This document shows positions 10,801-19,022 of a DNA stretch of 64,000 bases, piece after piece (position 1 is the first letter of the stretch; the number at the start of each line of letters is the position of its first letter). Origin of the DNA: Anaerohalosphaeraceae bacterium. GTDB lineage: Bacteria; Planctomycetota; Phycisphaerae; Sedimentisphaerales; Anaerohalosphaeraceae. The stretch spans positions 22,249 through 86,248 of the forward strand of contig JBNRMN010000082.1 of the NCBI GenBank assembly GCA_050309605.1, read 5' to 3'. The notes beneath the pieces were generated by a model, which worked only from the letters and a program-made list of their open reading frames with translations, had not been told where the DNA came from and did not search any database. Both the position numbers and the translations under genes were made by a program.

Positions 10801-11114
10801 GGGGACAAAAACTCCTCGGCCTGTATATACGAAGCGAACCGCTCATCGCCCAGAAGCCGAAAACCGATATCGGATGTCCATTCCGTATGCTGTGAAGGCG
10901 TATTGCCAAATCCCTGCTCCTGGAGCGAGCCGGGCAGTTGGATCAAATCCTCCGTGTCCAGGTCCCCGGCAAACCAGCGATGTGCAATCCCCCGGTCGTC
11001 CGGATCCAAAGCAAACCGCCACGCACCCTCCAACGGCAGCGTCTGTCCGCTCTGTACCGAGCCGCAACACAGAAGCGAACTTAAAACAATGGCCGGGACG
11101 ATCAATTTTCTCAT
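7857..11114 (-). CDS. Exported glycoside hydrolase family 2 with C-terminal F5/8 (CBM32) module
   Basis: Signal peptide MRKLIVPAIVLSSLL; GH2 motifs (LERPHW, TFGMR, NHLRFHSWCPP, NHPSF...NE, SHEIGQW); C-terminal AIDGDPTTMWHT..YLPRQDG. Start moved to ATG 11114. Confidence 0.88.
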   Translation of the reverse strand: MRKLIVPAIVLSSLLCCGSVQSGQTLPLEGAWRFALDPDDRGIAHRWFAGDLDTEDLIQLPGSLQEQGFGNTPSQHTEWTSDIGFRLLGDERFASYIQAEEFLSPFWLTPKRHYVGPAWYQRSVTIPQDWKGSRVVLHLERPHWQTTVWVNDTLVGTQNSLGTPHEYVLTDMLSPGRHRLTIRVDNRVLVPVGNDAHSVSDQTQTNWNGIIGDIGLLAQNPAIWFSDVQVYPDVKARTITISAALGTACSEPLEGMLKLRAESFNSPATHRVPEQTVPLKLPPDKRRFEIEYAMGRDVQLWDEFSPALYRLTLTFAPNGQPEPIEHTVTFGMRQLGQDGTQFTINGRRLFLRGTLECAIFPKTGYPPMDTVSWKRIMRIIQAHGLNHLRFHSWCPPKAAFEAADEMGVFIQAEASTWPRVGQGTPVDTWIYEEGDRMLKAYGNHPSFILMAPANEPHPHGETRDTFLARLIQTWSDQDSRRYYTGGSGWPAIGANEFHVMQYPRLQQYPTLRLNERPQTATDYRDHVNRYDVPVISHEIGQWCVYPNPAERFKYDGVLRGGNIEIARDMLNQAGLLHLGHDFFMASGMFQVRLYKQEIEAALRTPGFGGFQLLDLHDFPGQGTAPVGVLDCFWEPKGYVSAEAFSRFCGPTVPLARMNKKTFYSSEIFEATVDVAHYGPTAINAEGFWTVRDQAGRVKASGRLPQKTTPTGGLTTLGAIRLPLERFTQPQKLILEIALKETDITNDWEFWVYPAHKTPPAPASVHQAEQLDEKAVAILTDGGTVLLTPPANRLKSDTLGTFRPIFWNRITFPTQKEHTMGILCDPRHPAFRNFPTDFHSNWQWWELLDHSKPIVLNDLGIDIEPLVRVIDDWNLCRSLGLIFEAAVENGKLLVCSMDIDSDLENRPVAGQLRRSLLNYMDSADFRPTTKLSVEAVNGLFRELTLLEKLNAKVIYTSSDQSGYEGQKAIDGDPTTMWHTRWSPQTTPRPHQIQIELSRPVSLTGLTYLPRQDGNSNGRIAEYEVYVSTDPAAWGLPAAKGRFENNAALQTIRFDMPRMGRFVRLVSLGGFEGDPHTSAANINLLFD

Positions 11115-11137
11115 CTCAATAAGCCTGAATTCCAACT

Positions 11138-12481
11138 CTATTTGATCAGCGCGATAATTTTATCGAGATCATTGGCCGCGTGCATTGGCGGATTACTGAA
11201 CGGACGCTGCATTTGACTGTGATAATCAACCGTGGCATTGGGGTCTTTGAGCGGATGGCCGGTCAGGACGCACGCGATGCGCTGGTCTGTGCCGACAGTT
11301 CCCTCGGCCAGCAAATGTTTCAGTCCCGCGATGGTTGCCGCCGAAGCCGGCTCACACCCCAGGCCGGTTTTTCCGATCTGGGCCTTGGCGTCGAGAATCT
11401 CTTCGTCCGTAACCGCCAAAACCACACCATTGCAGATCTCCAGCGCTCGCAGGCACTTTTTCAGATTGACCGGTCGAGAAATTTCAATCGCCGAGGCAAT
11501 CGTGTGCGGCCGGTATCCCGTCGCGTCTAAATGGTCAAAGTAAGCCTTGATCGCGGCGTCATCGGTATGCCCGCCGTTCCAGCGGAGTTTTTTGTCGTTG
11601 TACAATTCGGTCAGCGTATTGGCGCCGACGGCGTTAATCACCGCCAGACGCGGTACACGATCAATCAAGCCCAGTGTCTGAAGCTCCATGAAGGCCTTGC
11701 CAAAGGCGCTGCTGTTGCCCAGATTGCCGCCGGGAACGATAATCCAGTCCGGCACTTCCCAACCGAGCTGCTCAATGATGCGGTACATAATCGTTTTTTG
11801 ACCTTCCAGCCGGAACGGATTGAGCGAGTTGACCAGATAAATCTTCAATTGACGGCACACGTCCTGTACCTGGCGCATGCAGTCATCGAAATCGCCCTCA
11901 ATTTGGATCGTCTGCGCACCATAGTCCATCGCCTGGCTTAATTTACCGAAGGCGATCTTGCCCTGACCGATGAAGACCGTGGCCTTCAGCCCGCCGCTAT
12001 GAGCGTATAACGCCATCGATGCCGAGGTGTTGCCGGTTGAGGCGCACGCACTGGCCGTTGCGCCGACCATTCGGGCATGGCTGAACGCGGCGGTCATGCC
12101 GTTGTCCTTAAACGACCCTGACGGATTCATGCCCTCGTACTGCAGGAACAGGCCGTCCGGATGCATCCCCAATTCAGTCGCCAGGACGCCATTTTGCTGC
12201 AAGAGCGTCTGTCCTTCGCCAATGCTGACTTTGCATGAATCCGGGCAAAAATCCAGCAATTCCCGAAACCGCCACACCCCGGAAAAATCCAGCCGTTCAT
12301 TTCGCTTCGCCCATCGTCCGGCAAAGTCGGCCAGCGTTTTCGGCAGGGCGATTGTGTTCCAGTCGTAACAGATATCCAGCAAATCGCCGCAGGCCGGGCA
12401 TTTAAACAAGACCTCCTCGCAGCCAAACGTGGCCGAACATTTCGGGTTGATGCATTTCTGATAGGCAGGGGGGGTGTCCAT
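11138..12481 (-). CDS. thrC: Threonine synthase (PLP, N-terminal Zn ribbon)
   Basis: [17 protein letters not shown]-lysine motif, [45 protein letters not shown]. Confidence 0.93.
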   Translation of the reverse strand: MDTPPAYQKCINPKCSATFGCEEVLFKCPACGDLLDICYDWNTIALPKTLADFAGRWAKRNERLDFSGVWRFRELLDFCPDSCKVSIGEGQTLLQQNGVLATELGMHPDGLFLQYEGMNPSGSFKDNGMTAAFSHARMVGATASACASTGNTSASMALYAHSGGLKATVFIGQGKIAFGKLSQAMDYGAQTIQIEGDFDDCMRQVQDVCRQLKIYLVNSLNPFRLEGQKTIMYRIIEQLGWEVPDWIIVPGGNLGNSSAFGKAFMELQTLGLIDRVPRLAVINAVGANTLTELYNDKKLRWNGGHTDDAAIKAYFDHLDATGYRPHTIASAIEISRPVNLKKCLRALEICNGVVLAVTDEEILDAKAQIGKTGLGCEPASAATIAGLKHLLAEGTVGTDQRIACVLTGHPLKDPNATVDYHSQMQRPFSNPPMHAANDLDKIIALIK

Positions 12482-12483
12482 TA

Positions 12484-13251
12484 TTATTCTCTGAATGTAT
12501 TGTCAGCGTTCAGTTTTTCGATAACGGCGGGCAGTTCGGCGATTTTGTCGATGCGGAATGCACCTTGCGGCAGCGGCTTGCCGATATTGGCATGCCCGCA
12601 TTTCAGAACCGCGGTCATGCCCGCCGCCAGTGCACCGGTGATGTCTTTGTCAATCAGATCTCCCACGAACATAATGTGTTGCGGCTCAACTTCGATTCGA
12701 GCAGCGGCCTCCTGAAAAATCCTGACATTCGGTTTTCGCCACGGGAACTCATAGGAATACAGCCGTACCGGAAAGTATTGCAGCAGTCCTTCCTGCTCAA
12801 GATGGCGCTCCAGACTGCATTTATGGATGAATGTGTTGCTCAGGACGCCCAGTTTCAGCCCCATTCGGGTCAACCGGTCCAGTGCCTCCTGTGTCCCCGG
12901 CTCCACGGCGCCGGCTTCGGCCAGTTTTTCGTACCATCGCCAGTTTAACTCTTCCCATTGCTCGGGCGCCAGATCCAGTCCGTTTTTGGCGCCGTATGTC
13001 TTGAGCAGCTCGAGCGAATTGAAGTCATTGCCCGTCAGCCACGACCGCAGCAAATGCCAGCGTATGCCCCACAGATGCAGCAGCCGATAGACTCGAAACG
13101 AGCCTACCGGCTGATTGTGTTCCTGCAAATAGGCATACGAACGCCGCATCGCCTCGTCAAGCAGCCGTCCTTTGCTCAGCTTGCCGAAATGCAGCAGCGT
13201 ATCGCCCAGATCAAACAAAATCGCTTCGATCCGTCGTGCAGCCAAATCCAT
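12484..13251 (-). CDS. HAD-family hydrolase (subfamily IA)
   Basis: [23 protein letters not shown]...DI.GA; ATG overlaps the upstream TGA (TGATG). Confidence 0.85.
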   Translation of the reverse strand: MDLAARRIEAILFDLGDTLLHFGKLSKGRLLDEAMRRSYAYLQEHNQPVGSFRVYRLLHLWGIRWHLLRSWLTGNDFNSLELLKTYGAKNGLDLAPEQWEELNWRWYEKLAEAGAVEPGTQEALDRLTRMGLKLGVLSNTFIHKCSLERHLEQEGLLQYFPVRLYSYEFPWRKPNVRIFQEAAARIEVEPQHIMFVGDLIDKDITGALAAGMTAVLKCGHANIGKPLPQGAFRIDKIAELPAVIEKLNADNTFRE

Positions 13252-14579
13252 CACCTCTTGGGGGGAAGCTTGTCTGCGAAGACCTCTTGGGTCCACGCTT
13301 CCATTTCGTCGTCGGAAATCGCCGACATCCGATCCGCGGCGTATTCCTGGTCAATTCGGTCTTTGATCGCAATGACGCGGGGGTCTTGCTTGGCAATGTC
13401 AATCTGATAGCGATCTTCGATCCAATGCTTGATGCCGGCTGCGCCGGTCTTGTCGGTAATTGCAACGCCGACCGGCCGCTTGAGCAGTTTGTACGTATCA
13501 AAGCAGTTGTAAATTTCTTCGTTTTTCAGCAGGCCGTCGGCGTGAATCCCCGCACGGGTGACATTAAAGTCCCGTCCGACCAGCGGATAGTTCGGCTGGA
13601 TATTGAAGCCCAGCTCTTTGTTGGCGTATTGTGCCAGTTCGGTGATGGCCGCATAATTGATGCGGCTGTCAGTCCCTTTGAGCTGGGCGTGTTCAACCAC
13701 CAGAGCTTCAAGCGGGGGGTTGCCTGTTCGCTCGCCGACACCAAAGATCGCGCAGTTGGCCACGGCGCAGCCATACAGCCAGGCGGTGGCCGCACACACC
13801 TGCACCTTATGGAAATCATTGTGGCCGTGCCATTCCATCCATTCAGCCGGTACCCCAATTTTTCGCAGCCCCGCGATCAGTTTCGGCAGCGACCGCGGTA
13901 GTTTGGCATTCGGATAAGGCACGCCAAAGCCCAGCGTATCGCACAGACGAATCTTGACCGGCACCTTGTACTCTTGCGACAGTTCCATCAGCCGCGCCGC
14001 AAAAGGCAGCACAAACCCGTCATAGTCAGCCCGCGTGATGTCCTCAAAATGACACCGCGGGTTAATGCCGCTGTCCAGCGCTGCCTTGACGATGTCCAGA
14101 TACGACTGCATGGCCTGCGAACGGGTCTTTTTAAGCTTCAGGAAAATATGATAATCGCTGGCACTGGTCAGAATACCGGTTTCCTTCAGACCCATTTGCG
14201 TGACATACTTAAAGTCCGACGGCGTGGCCCGAATCCAGCCGGTGATTTCCGGGAAATCATATCCGCGTTCCTGACACAGCCGGACCGCCTTGCGGTCACG
14301 GTCAGAGTACAGGAAAAACTCCGACTGGCGAATCAGGTCGGAGCCGCCGTTGATTTCGTGGAAAAAATCAAAAATTTTCAACACCTGTTCCGGCGAATAA
14401 GGGGCACGGGCCTGCTGGCCGTCGCGGAAAGTGGTGTCTGTAATCCAAACTTTTTCGGGTATTTCCATCGGGACGGTCTGTTCTTCAAATTCCATCTTTG
14501 GGAATTCCGAATACGGAAAAACATCCCGATACAACTGGGGTTGCTGGACATCTTGAAGCTGAATCGATTTTAGATCCAT
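13251..14579 (-). CDS. Re-citrate synthase-like DRE-TIM metallolyase (2-isopropylmalate synthase superfamily)
   Basis: TDTTFRDGQQ, SEFFLY, ETGILTSASDYHIF, RCHFEDITRAD, EWHGHNDF, GERTGN, TRAGIHADG match the clostridial/Syntrophus Re-citrate synthase subfamily; no LeuA regulatory domain. Confidence 0.8.
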   Translation of the reverse strand: MDLKSIQLQDVQQPQLYRDVFPYSEFPKMEFEEQTVPMEIPEKVWITDTTFRDGQQARAPYSPEQVLKIFDFFHEINGGSDLIRQSEFFLYSDRDRKAVRLCQERGYDFPEITGWIRATPSDFKYVTQMGLKETGILTSASDYHIFLKLKKTRSQAMQSYLDIVKAALDSGINPRCHFEDITRADYDGFVLPFAARLMELSQEYKVPVKIRLCDTLGFGVPYPNAKLPRSLPKLIAGLRKIGVPAEWMEWHGHNDFHKVQVCAATAWLYGCAVANCAIFGVGERTGNPPLEALVVEHAQLKGTDSRINYAAITELAQYANKELGFNIQPNYPLVGRDFNVTRAGIHADGLLKNEEIYNCFDTYKLLKRPVGVAITDKTGAAGIKHWIEDRYQIDIAKQDPRVIAIKDRIDQEYAADRMSAISDDEMEAWTQEVFADKLPPKR

Positions 14580-14631
14580 ACTCACCTCTCTATTAATGGG
14601 TTTTCACCTCTTGTTATCCGGAAACAACAGA

Positions 14632-14714
14632 TAGCCGAGGTGGGAGTCGAACCCACACGCCCTTGCGGGCAGGGGATTTTAAGTCCCCAGCGTCTGCCAT
14701 TCCGCCACTCGGCC
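14632..14714 (-). tRNA. tRNA-Leu (TAA)
   Basis: GGCCGAGTGGCGGAATGGCAGACGC; anticodon arm GGGGA-CTTAAAA-TCCCC; long variable arm GCCCGCAAGGGC; GGTTCGACTCC; CTCGGCT-A. Confidence 0.95.
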
Positions 14715-14889
14715 AGATTTACGTGATAACACTGTTTCCGGTTCCGAAAATTCCAGAAGCGAATTATAGAAACTCGCTTGTTTTTTTCAAGAAAAACCTG
14801 TTCAGCAAAATTTTGTGTCTAATTTTTAGAAAAAAGGTGAATATTTGGTATAAAGGAAGTTTATGCTTATCGAACGGTGCTGTTGCTTT

Positions 14890-15402
14890 ATGAAACAAGA
14901 CAAAGAAAAGCAGTTTTTTCGGCTTTTTATGCAGCATCAGCGGTCTATTTTTTGCTATATCTTGATGAACGTACGCAACGCCGATGATGCGCGAGATGTC
15001 ATGCAGGATGCGGCGGTGATTATGTGGCAAAAATACACCATTGAAGACCAGGAAGAACGTTTTCTTGGTTGGAGCCTGGCCATTGCCCGCAATCTGATCA
15101 AACAATACTACCAGAAACTCAAACGGGATCACTTGATTTTTTGCGATGAGCTGCTGTCGGAAATTGAAGATCGCAGCCGCGCACAGATTGAATCCTATGA
15201 GGACTACGTCGCGGCCCTGCGCAAATGCCTTGCCCGACTGGATGCCCGGCAGCGTCAATTGCTGAGTTTGAAATATGAACGCGGGATGAAGGTCAAAGAC
15301 ATCTCTCGGCATGTTCAGCGCTCTACGGAAGCGATCTATAAAATCATTTCGCGGACGCAGGCGGCATTGCAGCGGTGTATCCTGAAATCGATGGCAGAGT
15401 AA
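14890..15402 (+). CDS. ECF sigma-70 factor (Rhodopirellula/Verrucomicrobium-type)
   Basis: F..LF..HQR.I..YI, DA.DV.Q, FLGW...IARN (region 2); LRKCL..L, LL.LKY, region 4 HTH; followed by an anti-sigma gene. Confidence 0.9.
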   Translation: MKQDKEKQFFRLFMQHQRSIFCYILMNVRNADDARDVMQDAAVIMWQKYTIEDQEERFLGWSLAIARNLIKQYYQKLKRDHLIFCDELLSEIEDRSRAQIESYEDYVAALRKCLARLDARQRQLLSLKYERGMKVKDISRHVQRSTEAIYKIISRTQAALQRCILKSMAE

Positions 15403-15409
15403 TTCCGAG

Positions 15410-17128
15410 GTGTCAGGAGTGGATAAATACGAACAGATCATAACGCTGGTTATCAAAGAACACGAAGGAATGCTGACAGCGGGGGAGTTCCGGATTCTCC
15501 AGACGTATCTAAGGAGTGATTCACAGCTTCTTGATTTTTACATTCATTGTTATTTGACGATCTCGGTATTCAATAAATCGTACGATTTTTCGGATTGTAT
15601 CGCTTGGTCTGAAGCGTATTTGGTGAATATCGACGGCCCGTTCTGGAAGGAGCTGGCCGATCTTGAGAAAGCCGCCCCTTCGTTTGAACAGCCCACACCG
15701 CCGGATGACAACAAACCGGCAGTCGGAAAACTGGCGGTGAAAAAGCCTCCCCACAGGATTAAAAAATCCTCTGTTTTGACCGCTGTCCTGTCCAGTGCGG
15801 CGTTGCTGTTCTTTTTGATGTTGATCCGATTTCTCCCCGCTCCTCCGGTACGAACGCCTATCGGCAGGGTGCTTCAGTTGAATAACGCAGTTTTTCCCAA
15901 GTCTGTCAAGACGCTGGCCGAGGGACAGGACGTTTTTGCCGGGCCGTTATCGCTGGAAGCCGGTTCCGGCCTGGTGGAGCTGGATACCGGTACACGGGTC
16001 TTTTTGACGGCGCCGGTTGAGATTGAGCTGTACGACAAATCACTTGTCTATTTGAGTCAGGGACAATTGCTGGCTCAGGTGCCGCCGACGGGGCTGGGCT
16101 TTACCATCAGCACGCCGCAGGGGTCGGTCGTAGTTTACGGTACGGAGTTTACGTTGGCAGTCGATCCGGACGGCTGGACGCGCGTGGAGGTGTTCAAGGG
16201 CAGGGTTGATTTACGCAGCAAGACCGGTTCACCTGTAAACGCGATTTCTCAACTGGTTGCGGCCGGTCAGGTCGGGACGGTGGATGCAGCCGGATCGATC
16301 GCCGTGAAAGACAAACGTACCTCACCGGCCCCCGTCCGTCGCAGCCTCGAAAGAGTCTGGGCCGGAACACAGCCAAGATCCCTCTGGAATGACCCGGCCA
16401 ATTGGGAAAACGGGGAAATGCCCGGCGCCTATTCTCCGGCGTTTTTGCAGCACCGCCCCGTGCGGAGTATTTGTGTGATTGATGATACCCATACGGGCCA
16501 ACATCGTGCCCGTGCCGAGTATGTCAATATTGGCCTGTGGGGATACGGTTGTCTGGAGATGACAGGCGGAGAATTGGAGACAGAGGAAATCTGGGTCGGT
16601 CGGCGCGACGGCGGCGACGGAGTGTTCACCCTCAGCGGCGGGACTGTTCTCATTACCGAAAAACGGGACGGGATTATTATCGGCAAGTCATGGGAGAAAA
16701 AGGCCGGGCACGGCGTGATGAATTTCAGGGGAGGAACGATTTTATTCGAAGATTCGAAGGATAATATGATTCTGGGCTGGGGCTATCCGGCGCAGGGGGT
16801 CTTGAACATGGAAGGCGGACGGCTGAGCATCCCCAACCAACTGATTCTTGGCGCCGTCAGTGATGAGATTCAATCCCCCGAGCCGCTGATGGGAACCGGT
16901 TATGTCAATATCAAGGCCGGTGTTCTGCGGGCCGGATCGCTGCTGATTCGGCAGGGACGGGTGGATATTCAGGATGGCGTCCTGGTCCTCAAAGGCGATG
17001 TGCGCCAATCGCTTCAGGAATATGTCCGCACTGGCCGGCTGACCGCCAATAACGGGGCCAAAATCCTGCGGTTTGACTATGATTCGACGGCCGACGAAAC
17101 GCGGATTCGTGCCGACGGTTTGCCTTAA
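15410..17128 (+). CDS. FecR-like membrane anti-sigma factor with C-terminal Gly-rich beta-repeat extension
   Basis: Cytoplasmic N-domain, one TM helix (VLTAVLSSAALLFFLMLI), FecR motif GFTISTPQGSVVVYGTEF..V......VEVFKGRV, then WNDPANW and repeated G.(L/M).(M/L).GG units. Confidence 0.85.
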   Translation: MSGVDKYEQIITLVIKEHEGMLTAGEFRILQTYLRSDSQLLDFYIHCYLTISVFNKSYDFSDCIAWSEAYLVNIDGPFWKELADLEKAAPSFEQPTPPDDNKPAVGKLAVKKPPHRIKKSSVLTAVLSSAALLFFLMLIRFLPAPPVRTPIGRVLQLNNAVFPKSVKTLAEGQDVFAGPLSLEAGSGLVELDTGTRVFLTAPVEIELYDKSLVYLSQGQLLAQVPPTGLGFTISTPQGSVVVYGTEFTLAVDPDGWTRVEVFKGRVDLRSKTGSPVNAISQLVAAGQVGTVDAAGSIAVKDKRTSPAPVRRSLERVWAGTQPRSLWNDPANWENGEMPGAYSPAFLQHRPVRSICVIDDTHTGQHRARAEYVNIGLWGYGCLEMTGGELETEEIWVGRRDGGDGVFTLSGGTVLITEKRDGIIIGKSWEKKAGHGVMNFRGGTILFEDSKDNMILGWGYPAQGVLNMEGGRLSIPNQLILGAVSDEIQSPEPLMGTGYVNIKAGVLRAGSLLIRQGRVDIQDGVLVLKGDVRQSLQEYVRTGRLTANNGAKILRFDYDSTADETRIRADGLP

Positions 17129-17385
17129 GAATGTTCGTTCGGTCGTTTTCCTGAGATGGAAACGCCAAAGTACCGATAATCGATTGGATACGGTGTGGAG
17201 GTGAAATGTGATGAGTCATGGGCGTGACGAAAAACACAAAATGAAAGCAAATCCGATGATCCCCGTTTTTGGAAAGGAGGGTGTTTATGCAAGAGATCGG
17301 TAGATCAGGTTAGCGTACAGGATGTGGAAGGGTATGTGCCCTTCATGGGCAAGACAGGCTTATATGACACTTTTTTTTAGGAGTA

Positions 17386-18960
17386 ATGATGATGAGAAAG
17401 GTATTGATGTTATTGCTCTGTCTGTTGTGGGCGGCGCCGGCTGTCGCTCTGATAGACACGTTTGACACGAGCCACAATTTTGTCGCTGACGGTGTTGCCG
17501 GTACCGATTGGCAGGCCGTCGTGTATTCCGGCGGCACTCTTCCCAGCCTGCAGATCCAAAGCGCAGGCGGCAAGCTGCGTTTACAGTCTCAAGGTACGAC
17601 CGCCGGCGGATGGGATGGCGTTTGGGATATCAACGGCGACGGTACGGCTGATGTGTGTCCGATGCTGTTGACGGAAGTGACCGGCGATTTTGTGCTGATC
17701 ACACGGTTTGCCGGCATCAACGGCTTGTCGGTGGATCACCAGGCCGCCGGGCTGGTCGTTCGCAATCCCGACAACGCCGCGGGTGAGAATATGGTGCAAA
17801 GTGCCTTTTTCTCACGCTGGACCGGACATATCGCCTGGAACGTGGTCAACGGGACCCGAACCGGAGAGGCCGGAGCGACGGGTCTTAACGTAAATCAATA
17901 TTCTTATATGAAACTGGAACGCGTGGGGAACCTCTTCACGCCGTCGGTCAGCCAGGACGGCGTCAACTGGACTCCCATGTTTGCCGGATGGACACGCAAT
18001 GATCTGCCTCAGACCGTTCAGGTGGGCTTGTTTCACGCGATGTTTTCCCAGAATCTGGGCTGGACGGATTTTGAGTTTCTTTACGCCGGCAAGCAGGTCG
18101 CTTCGCTGTCTCCGCTGGAGCCGACGGTGGAAGAGGAAGGAGAAACGACTGAGACCATGACGATTACGCTGACCGGCCCTGAGCCGATCGCGGATGTGTA
18201 TGTGGATGTCATTCCGTATGCCTTGCCTTTGAACCTGGACCCTGAAGCCAACGATCCGAATGATATTCGTCTTATCGGGCCGGACGGGCCGCAAGAGCCG
18301 GGGATGCCGCTGACGCTCCATTTTCCGGCGGGAACCACCCAGAAAACATGCGTGGTGCAGGCGGTGGATGACGACTATGTCGAGGGGCTTGAACAGATCG
18401 GACTGAAGGTGCTGATCTACAGCGACGATCCCGCCTATGATCAGCAATTGGGTCAATGGACGCTGGCCACCGTGATTGATGACGAGCAAGGGTATTTGAT
18501 AATGGATACTGGTGAAGGCCTGGTTGTGGATGAAAATCAGACGATGACGGCAGAATTTACCGTCAGTTTGTCCCATCCGCCGGCTGAGGACGTTACGGTC
18601 TCAATGACAACCCCCGACGGACAAACCGCCGTTAGCCCGACCACGCTGGTCTTTACACCGGAAAATTATCTGAATCCGCAACCGGTAACGGTCATTGCCA
18701 TTGATGATGAACTCGTGGAAAACGATCCGCATACCGGAAGAATTGCGTTTGCGGTCAGCAGCGATGATCCGTTCTATCATGGCATTACCGTGCCGCAGAT
18801 AACAGTCGTTATCGTTGAGAACAACTGCGGAGCGTGGGGATATTCCCGATTTGACGCCAATCAGGACTGCGTGGTTGATCTGCTTGATGTGGCGATACTG
18901 GCCTCGCAATGGCTGCAATGCACACATCCAAATGCCGTGGATTGCATTGATGTACGCTGA
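17386..18960 (+). CDS. Exported protein: ConA/DUF1349-like domain, Calx-beta-like Ig domains, dockerin-like EF-hand tail
   Basis: Signal peptide ending APAVA; VTGDF, SQDGVNW, VQVGLFH; repeated V.A.DD...E Calx-beta-like motifs; tail CGAWGY..FDANQDCVVDLLD...LA..WL.C; AGGAG RBS. Confidence 0.75.
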   Translation: MMMRKVLMLLLCLLWAAPAVALIDTFDTSHNFVADGVAGTDWQAVVYSGGTLPSLQIQSAGGKLRLQSQGTTAGGWDGVWDINGDGTADVCPMLLTEVTGDFVLITRFAGINGLSVDHQAAGLVVRNPDNAAGENMVQSAFFSRWTGHIAWNVVNGTRTGEAGATGLNVNQYSYMKLERVGNLFTPSVSQDGVNWTPMFAGWTRNDLPQTVQVGLFHAMFSQNLGWTDFEFLYAGKQVASLSPLEPTVEEEGETTETMTITLTGPEPIADVYVDVIPYALPLNLDPEANDPNDIRLIGPDGPQEPGMPLTLHFPAGTTQKTCVVQAVDDDYVEGLEQIGLKVLIYSDDPAYDQQLGQWTLATVIDDEQGYLIMDTGEGLVVDENQTMTAEFTVSLSHPPAEDVTVSMTTPDGQTAVSPTTLVFTPENYLNPQPVTVIAIDDELVENDPHTGRIAFAVSSDDPFYHGITVPQITVVIVENNCGAWGYSRFDANQDCVVDLLDVAILASQWLQCTHPNAVDCIDVR

Positions 18961-19022
18961 CAGGGCCGGATGACGCCACACGCGTAAGAAACAGTTGAAA
19001 CTTATAATTGGGAGATGATATT

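Noticed and set aside
13251..14579. leuA annotation
   Set aside because: It lacks the LeuA regulatory domain and has Re-citrate synthase subfamily motifs.
7568..14714. Segment bounded by two tRNAs as a genomic island
   Set aside because: It contains housekeeping genes; no integrase or duplicated tRNA 3' end was seen.
17172..17179. ACCGATAA as a sigma28 -10 element
   Set aside because: No matching -35 element at the expected spacing.
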